From Cylindrospermopsis raciborskii Cr2010 (lineage in GTDB: Bacteria; Cyanobacteriota; Cyanobacteriia; Cyanobacteriales; Nostocaceae), in assembly GCF_003367075.2 (NCBI RefSeq), contig NZ_CP065936.1, positions 30,001-62,000 on the forward strand: a DNA stretch of 32,000 nt. The letters are read 5' to 3'. The notes under the pieces are model-generated. The model made no database searches. It saw only the letters and a list, made by a program, of their open reading frames with translations, and had not been told where the DNA came from. This document shows positions 10,453-21,994 of this stretch, in pieces (within the stretch, counting starts at the first letter, position 1; each line of letters begins with the position of its first letter). Both the position numbers and the translations under genes were made by a program.

Positions 10453-11400
10453 ATGTTTAACAATTCTCCAGCAATCCTTACCTCTCAGGTGAGCAAGGTT
10501 TACCGCACAGGATTTTGGTCGCACCACAAGATTATATCTCTCCACAACTGCTCCCTAGAAGTCTATCCAGGAGAAACTTTTGGCCTTTTGGGACCTAATG
10601 GTGCAGGAAAAACTACTTTGTTAAAAATTTTACTGGGAATAAGTCGTCCTTCTAGTGGTAAAGGATTTTTGTTGGGGAAACCACTAGGCGATCGCTCGGT
10701 CAAACAGTTTATTGGTTATTTACCAGAAAACCCCTATTTTTACGATTATCTGACTGGATACGAGTTGTTAGAGTTGACTGGGGAGATCTTCCGAATTTCC
10801 TCCCGTGTGCAACGACAACGGATAGTTCATCTGTTAGAATTAGTCGGGTTATCCCAAAATCAAGCTCGCAAACAAAGGATTGGTTCCTATTCTAAGGGAA
10901 TGGTTCAGCGAATTGGTTTAGCCCAGGCGTTAATCAATGATCCAAAAGTGCTGTTTTTGGATGAGCCTATGTCTGGACTTGATCCCTTAGCACAAAATCA
11001 AATGCGAGAAATTATCCTTTCGCTTAAATCTGCAGGCAAAACCATCTTTTTTAACAGTCATATGTTAGGGTATGTAGAACAGATTTGCGATCGCATTGGC
11101 ATATTAAATCAAGGGGAAATAATTTGTAGTGGATCCCTGAGTGAATTATTAGGGGAAGAGAAAGGCTACTATATCAGGGGTAAAGGAGGGGATAAAGAGA
11201 TATTACAAAAAAGATTGGGAGAGATACAATTTGAACGGGAAGCTATATGGCATGGCATCTTAAAAGAAGATTTATATGATTTTCTTGCCAGTTTGCGGTT
11301 AATGGGTGGGAAAGTGATTAAAATAAGCTTATGTCGTCAGTCCTTGGAGGATTTTTTTATTCAACAGTTATCCCCGTTACCAACCCAATCAAAACTTTAA
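10453..11400 (+). CDS. ABC transporter ATP-binding protein, with no adjacent permease
   Basis: Walker A GPNGAGKTT, signature-like YSKGMVQRIGLAQAL, and Walker B VLFLDEPMSGLD. Confidence 0.85.
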   Translation: MFNNSPAILTSQVSKVYRTGFWSHHKIISLHNCSLEVYPGETFGLLGPNGAGKTTLLKILLGISRPSSGKGFLLGKPLGDRSVKQFIGYLPENPYFYDYLTGYELLELTGEIFRISSRVQRQRIVHLLELVGLSQNQARKQRIGSYSKGMVQRIGLAQALINDPKVLFLDEPMSGLDPLAQNQMREIILSLKSAGKTIFFNSHMLGYVEQICDRIGILNQGEIICSGSLSELLGEEKGYYIRGKGGDKEILQKRLGEIQFEREAIWHGILKEDLYDFLASLRLMGGKVIKISLCRQSLEDFFIQQLSPLPTQSKL

Positions 11401-11645
11401 CCTAACCTTACCCAAAACTAATAGTTTGGACAAGTTACTCCCGGATAATGAAGCTTGTGGATGAAAATAAATGAAAACAATGCTATTGGGAACTTACACA
11501 GCTAACTATAGTCAGGACTTAGGTATAGAGCCAGAATGCTTACCCGACTCTCATTTTTAGCCATCAAACTTGTCTATAGCGTTCTTTCCAAGCTATATTT
11601 CCAAATTTTTTCAGCTGTTATAATTTCTAAACCTTACTATTACAA

Positions 11646-13106
11646 ATGCCAAGCACAAACTCTCAGGTAAAAATGGTTAGCAAAAACTTCTGGAAACCTA
11701 TTATCCATTCAAGCACAGCCCTAATCTTACTGACCACCCTTAATACAGCCTGGCCATTGGTCAGTTTAGCTCAATCAAAACCCCAGCCAAAAGTAAATTC
11801 TGCCACTTCTAGTCTATTCACCGATTACCTATTAGGTGGTGGAGATCGGATTCGTGTGAACGTTTTTGAGGCGCCAGAATACACCGGGGAATATCAAATC
11901 CCACCTGGGGGAGAAATCAACATGCCATTAATTGGCAGCATTCCCGTTTCTGGACTAACAACCCAACAAGCAGCAGACGAAATAGCCAGAAGATATGCTC
12001 GGTTTCTTAAACGCCCTTTAATTTCAGTAAACTTGTTAGCTCCCCGTCCCATCAACGTTTTTGTTGCTGGAGAAGTGACACGACCTGGATCTTATAGCTT
12101 GAGTTTACAAGGAACAGGAGGTAACAATCCTGGTGTACAATATCCCACAGTATTAGCCGCCCTAACCACAGCAGAGGGAGTAACACTAGCAGCGGATGTG
12201 ACCAAGGTACAACTACGACGTCAGGTGGGACGTTCGGGAGAACAGGTGATAAGTCTCGACCTGAAACAAATTACCCAAACAGGAAGAATACCCATAGACA
12301 TAACTCTCAGAGATGGAGACACCATATTTGTCCCCACTGCAACAGATTTTAATGTAGCTGAGGCCCGCAACTTATTTGCAGCCAGCTACGCTGCTAGTAG
12401 AACAGCACCGCGCAGGGTAGCCATTACTGGTCAAGTTTACCGTCCTGGTTCCTACTTGGTTGCTGCAGGGGGTGGAAACGACAGTGGTGGTTTACCCACA
12501 GTAATGCGAGCCATTCAGTTATCGGGAGGAATCACATCCCAAGCTGACGTGCGCAACATTAAGGTTCGTCGTCCTACCAGAACTGACAAGGAACAAACCC
12601 TAAACATCAATTTGTGGGAACTGTTGCAAAGCGGAGACTTAAATCAGGATGTGGTGGTACAAGACGGTGACACTATTATTGTTCCCACAGCAACACAAGT
12701 AAACACAGCAGAGGTAACCCAGTTGGCCACTACCACCCTATCGCCCGCAACAATCAAGGTGGGGGTAGTTGGGGAGGTAAAAAGACCAGGGGTTACTGAG
12801 CTTCAGCCTAACAGTTCTTTAAACCAAGCTTTGTTAGCAGCTGGTGGATTCAATGATGCTAGGGCAAGTAGTAGTTCAGTGGACTTGGTTCGTCTTAATC
12901 CCAACGGTACAGTTACTAAACGAGCAGTAAAGGTTGACTTTTCTAAAGGGATAAATGAGGAGACCAACCCTATTCTGCGCAATAATGACGTTATAGTGGT
13001 GAATCGTTCAGTTTTGGCTAGGACGGGAGATACTTTAGGTGCAGTTACTGCTCCCCTAGCTCCCGTATTTAGCATCATTAGTCTATTCCGACTACTGGGA
13101 TTTTAG
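11646..13106 (+). CDS. Polysaccharide biosynthesis/export protein (Wza-like, with repeated SLBB-type modules)
   Basis: It has a signal-peptide-like N-terminus. A Poly_export-like segment (GDRIRVNVFEAPEYTGEYQIPPGGEINMPLIGSIPVSGLT) is followed by repeated modules ending in GDTIFVP and GDTIIVP. Confidence 0.75.
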   Translation: MPSTNSQVKMVSKNFWKPIIHSSTALILLTTLNTAWPLVSLAQSKPQPKVNSATSSLFTDYLLGGGDRIRVNVFEAPEYTGEYQIPPGGEINMPLIGSIPVSGLTTQQAADEIARRYARFLKRPLISVNLLAPRPINVFVAGEVTRPGSYSLSLQGTGGNNPGVQYPTVLAALTTAEGVTLAADVTKVQLRRQVGRSGEQVISLDLKQITQTGRIPIDITLRDGDTIFVPTATDFNVAEARNLFAASYAASRTAPRRVAITGQVYRPGSYLVAAGGGNDSGGLPTVMRAIQLSGGITSQADVRNIKVRRPTRTDKEQTLNINLWELLQSGDLNQDVVVQDGDTIIVPTATQVNTAEVTQLATTTLSPATIKVGVVGEVKRPGVTELQPNSSLNQALLAAGGFNDARASSSSVDLVRLNPNGTVTKRAVKVDFSKGINEETNPILRNNDVIVVNRSVLARTGDTLGAVTAPLAPVFSIISLFRLLGF

Positions 13107-13108
13107 CA

Positions 13109-13139
13109 GTGGGGGGGGGAGATCCATAATCCCTCCCAC
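13109..13139. terminator. GC-rich hairpin between convergent genes
   Basis: GTGGGGGGG ... CCCTCCCAC pairs 13109-13117 with 13131-13139 (8 Watson-Crick pairs plus one G-T). It sits in the 48-nt gap between the stops at 13106 (+) and 13155 (-). Confidence 0.5.
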
Positions 13140-13154
13140 CATCTGTAAACATCA

Positions 13155-14060
13155 TTAAAACTGGTAGGAGAGTCCTAGAGATAGTACGGGATAAATATTT
13201 AACCATTTCAGGTCATTTTCTAGTTGTTGTCTTTCTTTCTCAACATCAGCTTGAATTTGGTTCCGGATCTCAGGGGTTGCAGCACCTCCAAATTGAGGTG
13301 CTAAATTAACTTTAGGGGATCCCGTAAACATGACACCTAAGTTGGCGGAAAAACTCCAACGGTTACCAGGTTTAACTGCATTTCCCCAACCAATTCCCAG
13401 ATATGGGGCCACACTATTAGGAAAGGAAACTTTAGCTTTAACTGATCCTAACTGGTCTGAGGTGTATTCTTGGTCGCCTATTTGTATTTTTTGATTACTG
13501 TTGGATTTGCCAGTTCCTTCTATATTGTTGTCTTGGAATACTAGACCTCCCGTTAAACGAAAACCTGAGTTTTTCCAAGGGTGGTAGTCTACCAAAGTGG
13601 AGACACTGAACAAATTGAGTTTAGCATCATAATCAATCCCGGACTCGCTGATGTTAGCATTAGTACCAAACCCCCTAACTCCCAATTTGGCATTGAGATT
13701 GGGTGTGATTGATTTGGTTACCGTTGCACCAATACCAAGAGTGCTAATTTCAGGAGTAACTCCCCAACCACTGGTTGTTGGGCCAGTTTGGGTTGTTTCT
13801 TGGGTGGGTTGAGGAGGTTGTGGTGTTACCGGTTGTGTGGGAACACAACGGGAATTCAAAGGGTAGACTTTACAAAATTCTTCCAAATTAATTGGTGTTT
13901 CCGCTAACAAATCGGCAGCTTGGTAAGAAAAAGTACCTGGTTGTAGGGTCACCACCTGTGCCAATACTGTCTGACTGGTGGAGGTTACAATAGCCAACCC
14001 GCTGGTTAATGTCAATACTGATGTAGCTAGACCTGTTAATTTATCTATCTTAATATTCAT
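13155..14060 (-). CDS. Outer-membrane beta-barrel protein (putative)
   Basis: It has a signal peptide (MNIKIDKLTGLATSVLTLTSGLAIVTSTSQTVLAQ) and a Pro/Thr/Gln linker. These are followed by alternating amphipathic strands and the OMP-type C-terminal motif LSLGLSYQF. The start is placed at the Met at 14060. Confidence 0.6.
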   Translation of the reverse strand: MNIKIDKLTGLATSVLTLTSGLAIVTSTSQTVLAQVVTLQPGTFSYQAADLLAETPINLEEFCKVYPLNSRCVPTQPVTPQPPQPTQETTQTGPTTSGWGVTPEISTLGIGATVTKSITPNLNAKLGVRGFGTNANISESGIDYDAKLNLFSVSTLVDYHPWKNSGFRLTGGLVFQDNNIEGTGKSNSNQKIQIGDQEYTSDQLGSVKAKVSFPNSVAPYLGIGWGNAVKPGNRWSFSANLGVMFTGSPKVNLAPQFGGAATPEIRNQIQADVEKERQQLENDLKWLNIYPVLSLGLSYQF

Positions 14061-14214
14061 GTTAATCCCCCACACCATGTTTTTAATTTAATGCAATAAC
14101 CTAACTCATTTTTAGTTCCCTGTCAATCTAAAAGTTACTGAAAATTATTATCGGTATCCTGATTCAGACCTGCCTAAGTATAAGTGGGTGGGTGGAATTA
14201 AATATAATATGAAC

Positions 14215-14247
14215 GTAGGATGGGTTGAGGAACGAAAGCCATCCTAC
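14215..14247. repeat. Perfect 9-bp inverted repeat: GTAGGATGG-gttgaggaacgaaag-CCATCCTAC
   Basis: Read directly. It resembles a short hairpin repeat family (loop ...gaggaacgaaa...) that I recall as dispersed in Nostocales intergenic DNA. Only one copy lies in this window. Confidence 0.45.
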
Positions 14248-14423
14248 AAATAATTGTGCCTCCCTACTTAGTGGAGATAGTGAACATACATTAAACATTA
14301 AAATATATAATCGAAATTCGCCATATCAGTCTTCCCACTGTAACAATCAGCTAAGTTAGAAGAGAACTAACCTGAAGAGTTCTCCATGGCTAAAGCTATA
14401 AATATCTACAAACAGGAGGTTAA

Positions 14424-15446
<1,023 letters not shown>

Positions 15447-15522
15447 CTGCTACTGTTTGTATTTCTCATCATTCCTCTGGGCTTAATTGGGTTGTGCTAC
15501 CCCCACCCTACTCTTAATTTCT

Positions 15523-16956
15523 ATGATGCGTCGCACCAAAATTATCTGCACTATTGGTCCTGCTACAGCTGCACCGGAAAAGTTACAAGCTTTAGTAGAA
15601 GCGGGAATGAATGTGGCAAGACTAAATTTTTCCCATGGAGCTTATGAGACACATGCCCAAACGTTCCACAATTTAAGACGCATTAGTAATGAAGCTGGTA
15701 GACCTGTGGCAATCTTACAGGATTTATGTGGTCCCAAAATCCGTTTGGGAAAACTCCCACCAGAAGGGATCATGTTGGCAGCTGGTACTGAGGTAACTTT
15801 TCTTTTACAGGAAAAGGGGGAAACTACTCAAGAATTACCCTTGCCTCTACCCACTTTATTTGCCATGATTCGACCTGGTGAGCCAATTCTGATTAATGAT
15901 GGTCGGGTAAAGTTAACTGTGGTTAGTCGCAATGCTGACCAAATTCGTGCACGGGTAGATACTGGTGGATTAGTTTCCTCCCATAAGGGTGTGAATTTAC
16001 CTGGTACTCCTTTACCTGTAAGTTCAATTACAGAAAAGGACCTGCAAGACCTACGGTTTGGAATGGAGTTAGGTGTGGACTGGGTAGCAGTGTCTTTTGT
16101 GCGCTCTACCCAGGATTTGGAACCCGCTAGACGAATGATTGAGGGTGCTGGTTCTAAAATTCGTCTGATTGCTAAAATCGAACGTCCTGAGGCGGTTGAA
16201 CACTTGGATGATATTCTCAAGGTGGCTGATGCAATTATGATTGCTCGTGGTGATTTGGGTGTGGAAATGCCTATTCACCAAGTGCCATTAATTCAAAAGG
16301 ATATTACTCATCGCTGTAATCTCATTGGTAAGCCGGTAATTACGGCTACTCAAATGTTAGAGTCTATGATTAGTTCCCCTGATCCAACTCGAGCTGAGGC
16401 AACAGATGTGGCTAATTCCATTTTAGATGGTACGGATGCGGTGATGTTATCTGGGGAGACCGCTGTGGGTGATTATCCTATGGCAGCAGTACAAATAATG
16501 CACAACATCGCTTTACAAACAGAGCAGGCAATTAAAGAAGGAAGTAAACATACTTGGAACCGTGAATCTGGTCTTCTGAGTGTCACTGAATCAGTTGCAC
16601 AGGCAGTTTGTCGAATTGCTTACGAGACAGGTGCTAAGGCGATTCTTTGTAATACTACTTCTGGCAGCACGGCAAGATTGATTTCTAAATATCGTCCTTT
16701 GACCCCGATTATTACTCTGACCTCTGAACCTATTGCTTATCATCAGTTAGCATTGTCTTGGGGTGTTCAACCTTTGTTAATTCCCCCAGTTCATCATGCT
16801 GAGGAGATGTTTACTAATGTGGTGAGTACGGTAGTTAATCAAGGTTTGGTGGAAATGGGTGATAAGGTGGTTATTACCTCAGGAGTTCCAATTGGTATGT
16901 CAGGCACAACAAGTTTAATCAAAGTGCATTCTATTGGACAACCAATTACAGCTTAG
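15523..16956 (+). CDS. pyk: Pyruvate kinase
   Basis: MMRRTKIICTIGPA, NVARLNFSHG, IAKIERPEAV and MIARGDLGVEMP. The track start at 15487 is a TTG; the ATG at 15523 matches the usual N-terminus. Confidence 0.94.
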   Translation: MMRRTKIICTIGPATAAPEKLQALVEAGMNVARLNFSHGAYETHAQTFHNLRRISNEAGRPVAILQDLCGPKIRLGKLPPEGIMLAAGTEVTFLLQEKGETTQELPLPLPTLFAMIRPGEPILINDGRVKLTVVSRNADQIRARVDTGGLVSSHKGVNLPGTPLPVSSITEKDLQDLRFGMELGVDWVAVSFVRSTQDLEPARRMIEGAGSKIRLIAKIERPEAVEHLDDILKVADAIMIARGDLGVEMPIHQVPLIQKDITHRCNLIGKPVITATQMLESMISSPDPTRAEATDVANSILDGTDAVMLSGETAVGDYPMAAVQIMHNIALQTEQAIKEGSKHTWNRESGLLSVTESVAQAVCRIAYETGAKAILCNTTSGSTARLISKYRPLTPIITLTSEPIAYHQLALSWGVQPLLIPPVHHAEEMFTNVVSTVVNQGLVEMGDKVVITSGVPIGMSGTTSLIKVHSIGQPITA

Positions 16957-17100
16957 TAGATCTAAAATGGCTATGAGATCCCGGTGATAAAGGGCAATTC
17001 TGGGAGAAGGTTGCCATAATGGTAATCGTTTGGAATATCAAAGAGTTTAAATATTTGCGAATTGGTAAATCCTGAACCCAAGAAAATCATGGAGTATACT

Positions 17101-18105
17101 ATGTCTAAAAACTTACTAGAACAGTTGCGTGAAGTAACGGTGGTTGTAGCAGATACTGGTGATATTCAAGCTATTGAAAAATTTAAACCCCAGGATGCAA
17201 CAACAAATCCCTCTTTGATTACTGCAGCAGCTCAAATGCCCGAATATCAACATATTGTTGACCAAACTCTCATTAAGGCTAAGAAAGATGCTGGAAATAA
17301 GGCTAGTCACCAAGAGGTGGTTTCTCTGGCTTTTGACCGCTTGGCAGTTTCCTTTGGTTTAAAGATTCTGCAAATTATTCCTGGTCGGGTTTCTACAGAA
17401 GTGGACGCCCGTTTGTCATACGATACTGATGGAACTGTGGCTAAGGCTAGATATTTGATTTCTGAGTATCAAGCAGCAGGAATTTCTCGAGACCGGGTTT
17501 TGATTAAGATTGCTGCTACTTGGGAAGGCATTAAAGCGGCGGAGATTTTAGAAAAAGAGGGTATTCACTGCAATTTAACTCTATTGTTTGGAATTCATCA
17601 AGCTATAGCTTGTGCTGAAGCTGGAATTACCCTGATTTCTCCTTTTGTGGGACGGATTCTAGATTGGTATAAAAAAGATACAGGCAGATCTAGCTATCCT
17701 CCTGCAGAAGACCCTGGTGTGTTATCCGTAACTAAAATCTATAATTATTATAAGAAGTTCGGTTATCAGACTGAGGTTATGGGGGCTAGTTTCCGCAATA
17801 TGGGGGAAATTACTGAATTAGCTGGTTGTGATTTGTTGACTATTTCCCCCGCTTTATTATCGGAATTGCAAAATACTGTGGCTGAGTTACCTCGGAAACT
17901 GGATCCGGTAACTACTTCTGGTTTGTCTATTGACAAAATATCGGTTGATCAGGCTACTTTTGAGCGCATGCATGCTGCAGATCGCATGGCTTCGGATAAA
18001 TTGAGGGAGGGAATTGATGGTTTTACTAAGGCTTTAATCAGTTTGGAGGAATTACTAACAGCTAGATTAAGTCGTTTAGAAACGGAAATGGTAGGTGTTG
18101 GTTAA
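17101..18105 (+). CDS. tal: Transaldolase
   Basis: [50 protein letters not shown] and [11 protein letters not shown]. The start is placed at the ATG at 17101 (MSKNLLEQL). Confidence 0.94.
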   Translation: MSKNLLEQLREVTVVVADTGDIQAIEKFKPQDATTNPSLITAAAQMPEYQHIVDQTLIKAKKDAGNKASHQEVVSLAFDRLAVSFGLKILQIIPGRVSTEVDARLSYDTDGTVAKARYLISEYQAAGISRDRVLIKIAATWEGIKAAEILEKEGIHCNLTLLFGIHQAIACAEAGITLISPFVGRILDWYKKDTGRSSYPPAEDPGVLSVTKIYNYYKKFGYQTEVMGASFRNMGEITELAGCDLLTISPALLSELQNTVAELPRKLDPVTTSGLSIDKISVDQATFERMHAADRMASDKLREGIDGFTKALISLEELLTARLSRLETEMVGVG

Positions 18106-18139
18106 ACAACTGAGATTTTGAATTTTAGACTGGATAGAG

Positions 18140-18176
18140 AAATTGCCTAGATCCTTCACGGATATGGGCAATTTTT
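18140..18176 (+). terminator. Rho-independent terminator after tal
   Basis: AAATTGCC (18140-18147) pairs with GGCAATTT (18167-18174). There is an inner ATCC/GGAT pair, and the T-run extends to 18176. It lies 35 nt after the tal stop. Confidence 0.6.
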
Positions 18177-18293
18177 GATTATGGCTTTACCAAAATTTCA
18201 TGCTATTTTAGAATGTGGAAAATAAAAATCAACAAAATCTTTATACTAACCAAAAGCAAGTTAATTAAGGATTAGAGAGGGATATCCAAGGTA

Positions 18294-20093
18294 ATGGCGC
18301 TCATAGTTCAAAAATACGGTGGTACTTCCGTTGGTTCTGTGGAACGTATTCAAGCGGTAGCCAGGCGCATCCATGGCACTGCACAGGTGGGAAATTCTGT
18401 TGTGGTTGTGGTTTCTGCTATGGGAAAAACCACTGATGGCTTAGTGAAGCTGGCCCATGAAATTTCCCCTAGTCCTACTCGTCGGGAAATGGATATGTTG
18501 CTTTCCACGGGAGAGCAGGTAACTATTGCTCTCCTGAGTATGGCTCTACAAGAAATTGGCCAGCCAGCTATTTCTCTAACTGGGGCACAAGTAGGTATTG
18601 TTACTGAAGCAGAGCATACTCGCGCTCGAATTTTACATATTGAAACTGAACGGTTAATTAGCCATTTAAATGCTGGTCAGGTGGTAGTAGTTGCAGGTTT
18701 TCAAGGAATTTCTAACACTTCAGCTATGGAAATTACTACCCTGGGACGTGGAGGTTCTGATACTTCAGCAGTGGCTTTGGCTGCGGCTTTAAAGGCTGAT
18801 TTCTGTGAGATTTACACGGATGTACCCGGTATTTTAACTACTGATCCCCGGTTAGTACCGGAGGCTCAGTTAATGAAGGAAATTACCTGTGATGAAATGC
18901 TGGAATTGGCTAGTTTGGGTGCTAAGGTGTTACATCCTAGGGCGGTGGAAATTGCCAAGAATTATGGTGTACCTTTGGTGGTGAGATCCAGTTGGACTGA
19001 CCAACCGGGAACTTGGGTAACATCTAATAAGGTTCAAGAACGAGCTATGGTCAATTTAGAGTTGGCTCGTCCTGTGGATGCGGTAGAGTTTGATGTTGAT
19101 CAGGCTAAAGTTTCTTTATTACGCGTCCCTGATCGACCAGGGGTAGCAGCTCGATTGTTTAATGAGATTGCCGATCAGCAGGTAGATGTGGATTTGATTA
19201 TTCAATCAATTCATGAGGGTAATTCTAATGATATTGCTTTTACTGTAAATACACCTATTTTGAACCGAGCGGAAGCTGTGGCTTCAGCTATTGCTCCAGC
19301 TTTGAGAAATAACGACGGCTCTAATGAAGCAGAGGTGCTTGTAGAAAGGAATACGGCAAAGGTCAGTATTTCTGGAGCGGGGATGATTGGCCGCCCCGGA
19401 GTAGCTGCTAAAATGTTTGCTACTCTGGCTAAAGCTGGTGTGAATATTCAAATGATTTCTACTAGTGAGGTTAAAGTTAGTTGTTTAGTTGCTGCAGTAG
19501 ATTGCGATCGCGCTATTTTATCTCTCTGTCAGGAGTTTGAAGTTAATGCGTCTACACGTAATGTTTCTTCTTCAAACTCTATATATTCCACTGTGTGTGG
19601 TGTTGCATTAGATATGAATCAGTCCCGACTGGCAATTCGTCATGTGCCAGATCAACCGGGGATAGCTGGGAAGTTGTTCGGTTTACTGGCTGAATCTAAC
19701 ATCAGTGTGGATATGATTATTCAGTCTCAACGCTGTCGGGTAATTGATGGCGTAGCTTGTCGGGATATAGCTTTTACCACAAACCGCACGGATGGAGAAA
19801 ATGCTCAAGCTAAAATCAATCAAGTTGCTGCACAGTTGGGATGGGGAGAAGTCATCCTAGATGACGCCATTGCCAAGGTTAGTGTTGTAGGTTCGGGAAT
19901 GGTTGGTCAACCAGGGGTAGCAGCTAAAATGTTCACAGCTTTGGCGCAGAATCAAATTAATATTCAAATGATTACTACTTCAGAAATCAAAATTAGCTGT
20001 GTTGTATCAGAAAAAGAAGGGGTTAAAGCATTACAGATAATTCACACTGCTTTTGGACTAGCTGGAACCCATAAGTTTGTGGTTCCAGCATAA
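18294..20093 (+). CDS. lysC: Aspartate kinase with a duplicated ACT regulatory region (cyanobacterial long form)
   Basis: [10 protein letters not shown] and the kinase core [17 protein letters not shown]. Two repeats of the ACT pair follow (...[17 protein letters not shown]...[13 protein letters not shown] and ...[17 protein letters not shown]...[13 protein letters not shown]). Confidence 0.94.
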   Translation: MALIVQKYGGTSVGSVERIQAVARRIHGTAQVGNSVVVVVSAMGKTTDGLVKLAHEISPSPTRREMDMLLSTGEQVTIALLSMALQEIGQPAISLTGAQVGIVTEAEHTRARILHIETERLISHLNAGQVVVVAGFQGISNTSAMEITTLGRGGSDTSAVALAAALKADFCEIYTDVPGILTTDPRLVPEAQLMKEITCDEMLELASLGAKVLHPRAVEIAKNYGVPLVVRSSWTDQPGTWVTSNKVQERAMVNLELARPVDAVEFDVDQAKVSLLRVPDRPGVAARLFNEIADQQVDVDLIIQSIHEGNSNDIAFTVNTPILNRAEAVASAIAPALRNNDGSNEAEVLVERNTAKVSISGAGMIGRPGVAAKMFATLAKAGVNIQMISTSEVKVSCLVAAVDCDRAILSLCQEFEVNASTRNVSSSNSIYSTVCGVALDMNQSRLAIRHVPDQPGIAGKLFGLLAESNISVDMIIQSQRCRVIDGVACRDIAFTTNRTDGENAQAKINQVAAQLGWGEVILDDAIAKVSVVGSGMVGQPGVAAKMFTALAQNQINIQMITTSEIKISCVVSEKEGVKALQIIHTAFGLAGTHKFVVPA

Positions 20094-20108
20094 TTTGCCA
20101 ACTACCTC

Positions 20109-21956
20109 TTAACTGTTACGTTGTTGGCTTAGGATGCGGTAGGAGTGTTGAAAATCGTCAATGGTAACCCTAATGGCTGTAGGATCGGTTTCCCCCCTAG
20201 CGCGAAATCGCCTAATTGCTTCCACGGATGCTTGGTTACATAACAAAACTAAATCTGCTCCATTCCAACCTTCCGTAGTCTGGGCCCAATATTCTAAGTC
20301 TACATCCAATAGTGGTCTACCTTCGGTATAAACTCGTAAAATTTCCAAGCGACTGGCTAAATTAGGTAGATCAACTTTTAATTGTAGATCTAATCTTCCA
20401 GCTCTTAATAGAGCTGGATCTAACGCATCTGGACGGTTAGTAGCTCCTATTACTAGAATATTAGTACCAGTTTCCAAACCATCCAATTCCGTTAATAGTT
20501 GTCCTACTACCCGGTTACTCACACCAGAGTCTCCAGTATAAGTCCCACGAGCGGGGGCTAGGGTGTCAATTTCATCAATGAATATGACGCAGGGATCCGC
20601 TTGTCGAGCTTTAGCAAATAGTTCCCTTACTGCTTGTTCGCTTGCTCCTACCCAACGGGTGAGTAGTTCTGGTCCGTTGACTGCAATGAAATTGGCCCTG
20701 GCCTGGGAAGCTACTGCTTTGGCTAATAGGGTTTTACCGGTTCCGGGTGGCCCCCATAGTAAAATCCCCCTAGGAGCTACTGCTTTCGTTTGACGGTAGA
20801 GTTCTGGATATAGTAAGGCCCCCTCTACAGATTCTCTCAAGGTTTGTTTGATGGCTTCCAGTCCGCCAATGTCCTCCCATTCCACATGGGGAACTTCTAC
20901 CTCCATGCTCCGTAGCACTGCTGGTTTGATTTCTTTGAGCGCTTGCAGAAAATCTGACTGGTTCACTGTCATGGTTTCAGGAATATCTGTTTCCATGGAT
21001 GGAACTTGACGGCGCAGGGCCATATAGGCCGCTTTTTGGCAAACAGCTTTTAAGTCAGCTCCCACAAATCCTACAGTGCGATCGCTAATAAATTCTAAGT
21101 CCACAGTGTCATCTAAGGGCATGGCACGGGTAAGAACTTGCAGAATTTCTTTACGTCCGTTAGCGTCGGGAATGCGAAACTGAATTTCTCGATCAAACCT
21201 TCCTGGACGACGCAGCGCTGGATCTAAATGATCCGGACGGTTAGTAGCAGCCAGTACAATTACACCTGGTGTGTGAGAAAACCCATCCATTAAGCCCAAT
21301 AACTGGGCAACTAACCGTTTCTCTACTTCTCCCTCCACTGCACTGCGGTCAGGGGCCAGACTATCAATTTCATCAATAAAAATAATGCAGGGGGCATTTT
21401 TAGCAGCTTTTTCAAAAATACCCCTCAGTTTTTGTTCCGCTTCACCATAGTATTTGCTAATCACCTCTGGACCCACCAGGGCAATATAATTTACCCCCAG
21501 TTCTTCCGCTAAAGCACGAGCTGTGAGGGTTTTACCAGTACCGGGAGGACCAACTAAAAGCACCCCATGGGTTGGCTCTAGACCCAGTTTAGCCAGCAGA
21601 TCTGGGCGCTTTAAGGGGATGGCAATTAATTCTTTGAGCTCTTTGACTACCTGACTTAAACCACCTATGTCTTTCAGGGAAATACCAGAATTTTCAGGGG
21701 GGGTAGCTGAATCTGATGACCCATTAGAGGGTTGGGGAGTAGCTGGGGAAGAGGGGGTGCGAATGCGACTAGTACCAATATCATTGATATTACTGCTCTT
21801 GGCTGCACCACGGGGAATATTGCCCGTTCTGGGAATACTACTCAGGGGACGAGAGTTGACCTGTATATCTGTTTTTACCTCTCCACTCTCGATTTTTTCT
21901 TCTAAGGTTTTAACCAAATCTAGAAACTGCTCAAATCCTTTGAATAGGTCACTCAT
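20109..21956 (-). CDS. Double AAA+ ATPase (Cdc48/FtsH-class), with a short N-terminal helix and a Ser/Pro-rich linker
   Basis: 615 aa. D1 has GVLLVGPPGTGKT, IIFIDEIDSL and ATNRPD..LDPALRRPGRFD. D2 has GILLWGPPGTGKT, VIFIDEIDTL and ATNRPDALDPALLRAGRLD. I recognise no Cdc48 N-domain in the N-terminal 95 aa or so. Confidence 0.85.
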   Translation of the reverse strand: MSDLFKGFEQFLDLVKTLEEKIESGEVKTDIQVNSRPLSSIPRTGNIPRGAAKSSNINDIGTSRIRTPSSPATPQPSNGSSDSATPPENSGISLKDIGGLSQVVKELKELIAIPLKRPDLLAKLGLEPTHGVLLVGPPGTGKTLTARALAEELGVNYIALVGPEVISKYYGEAEQKLRGIFEKAAKNAPCIIFIDEIDSLAPDRSAVEGEVEKRLVAQLLGLMDGFSHTPGVIVLAATNRPDHLDPALRRPGRFDREIQFRIPDANGRKEILQVLTRAMPLDDTVDLEFISDRTVGFVGADLKAVCQKAAYMALRRQVPSMETDIPETMTVNQSDFLQALKEIKPAVLRSMEVEVPHVEWEDIGGLEAIKQTLRESVEGALLYPELYRQTKAVAPRGILLWGPPGTGKTLLAKAVASQARANFIAVNGPELLTRWVGASEQAVRELFAKARQADPCVIFIDEIDTLAPARGTYTGDSGVSNRVVGQLLTELDGLETGTNILVIGATNRPDALDPALLRAGRLDLQLKVDLPNLASRLEILRVYTEGRPLLDVDLEYWAQTTEGWNGADLVLLCNQASVEAIRRFRARGETDPTAIRVTIDDFQHSYRILSQQRNS

Positions 21957-21994
21957 AAGTCTTAATAGGTCTGGGTAAATGTGATGTACTAGTT

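Noticed and set aside
12803-13078. Minus-strand ORF of 91 aa
   Set aside because: It is antisense inside the Wza-like exporter gene.
15828-17313. Minus-strand ORFs 15828-16220, 16069-16281 and 17116-17313
   Set aside because: They are antisense within pyk and tal.
20563-21978. Plus-strand ORFs 20563-20793 and 21667-21978
   Set aside because: They are antisense within the double AAA+ gene.
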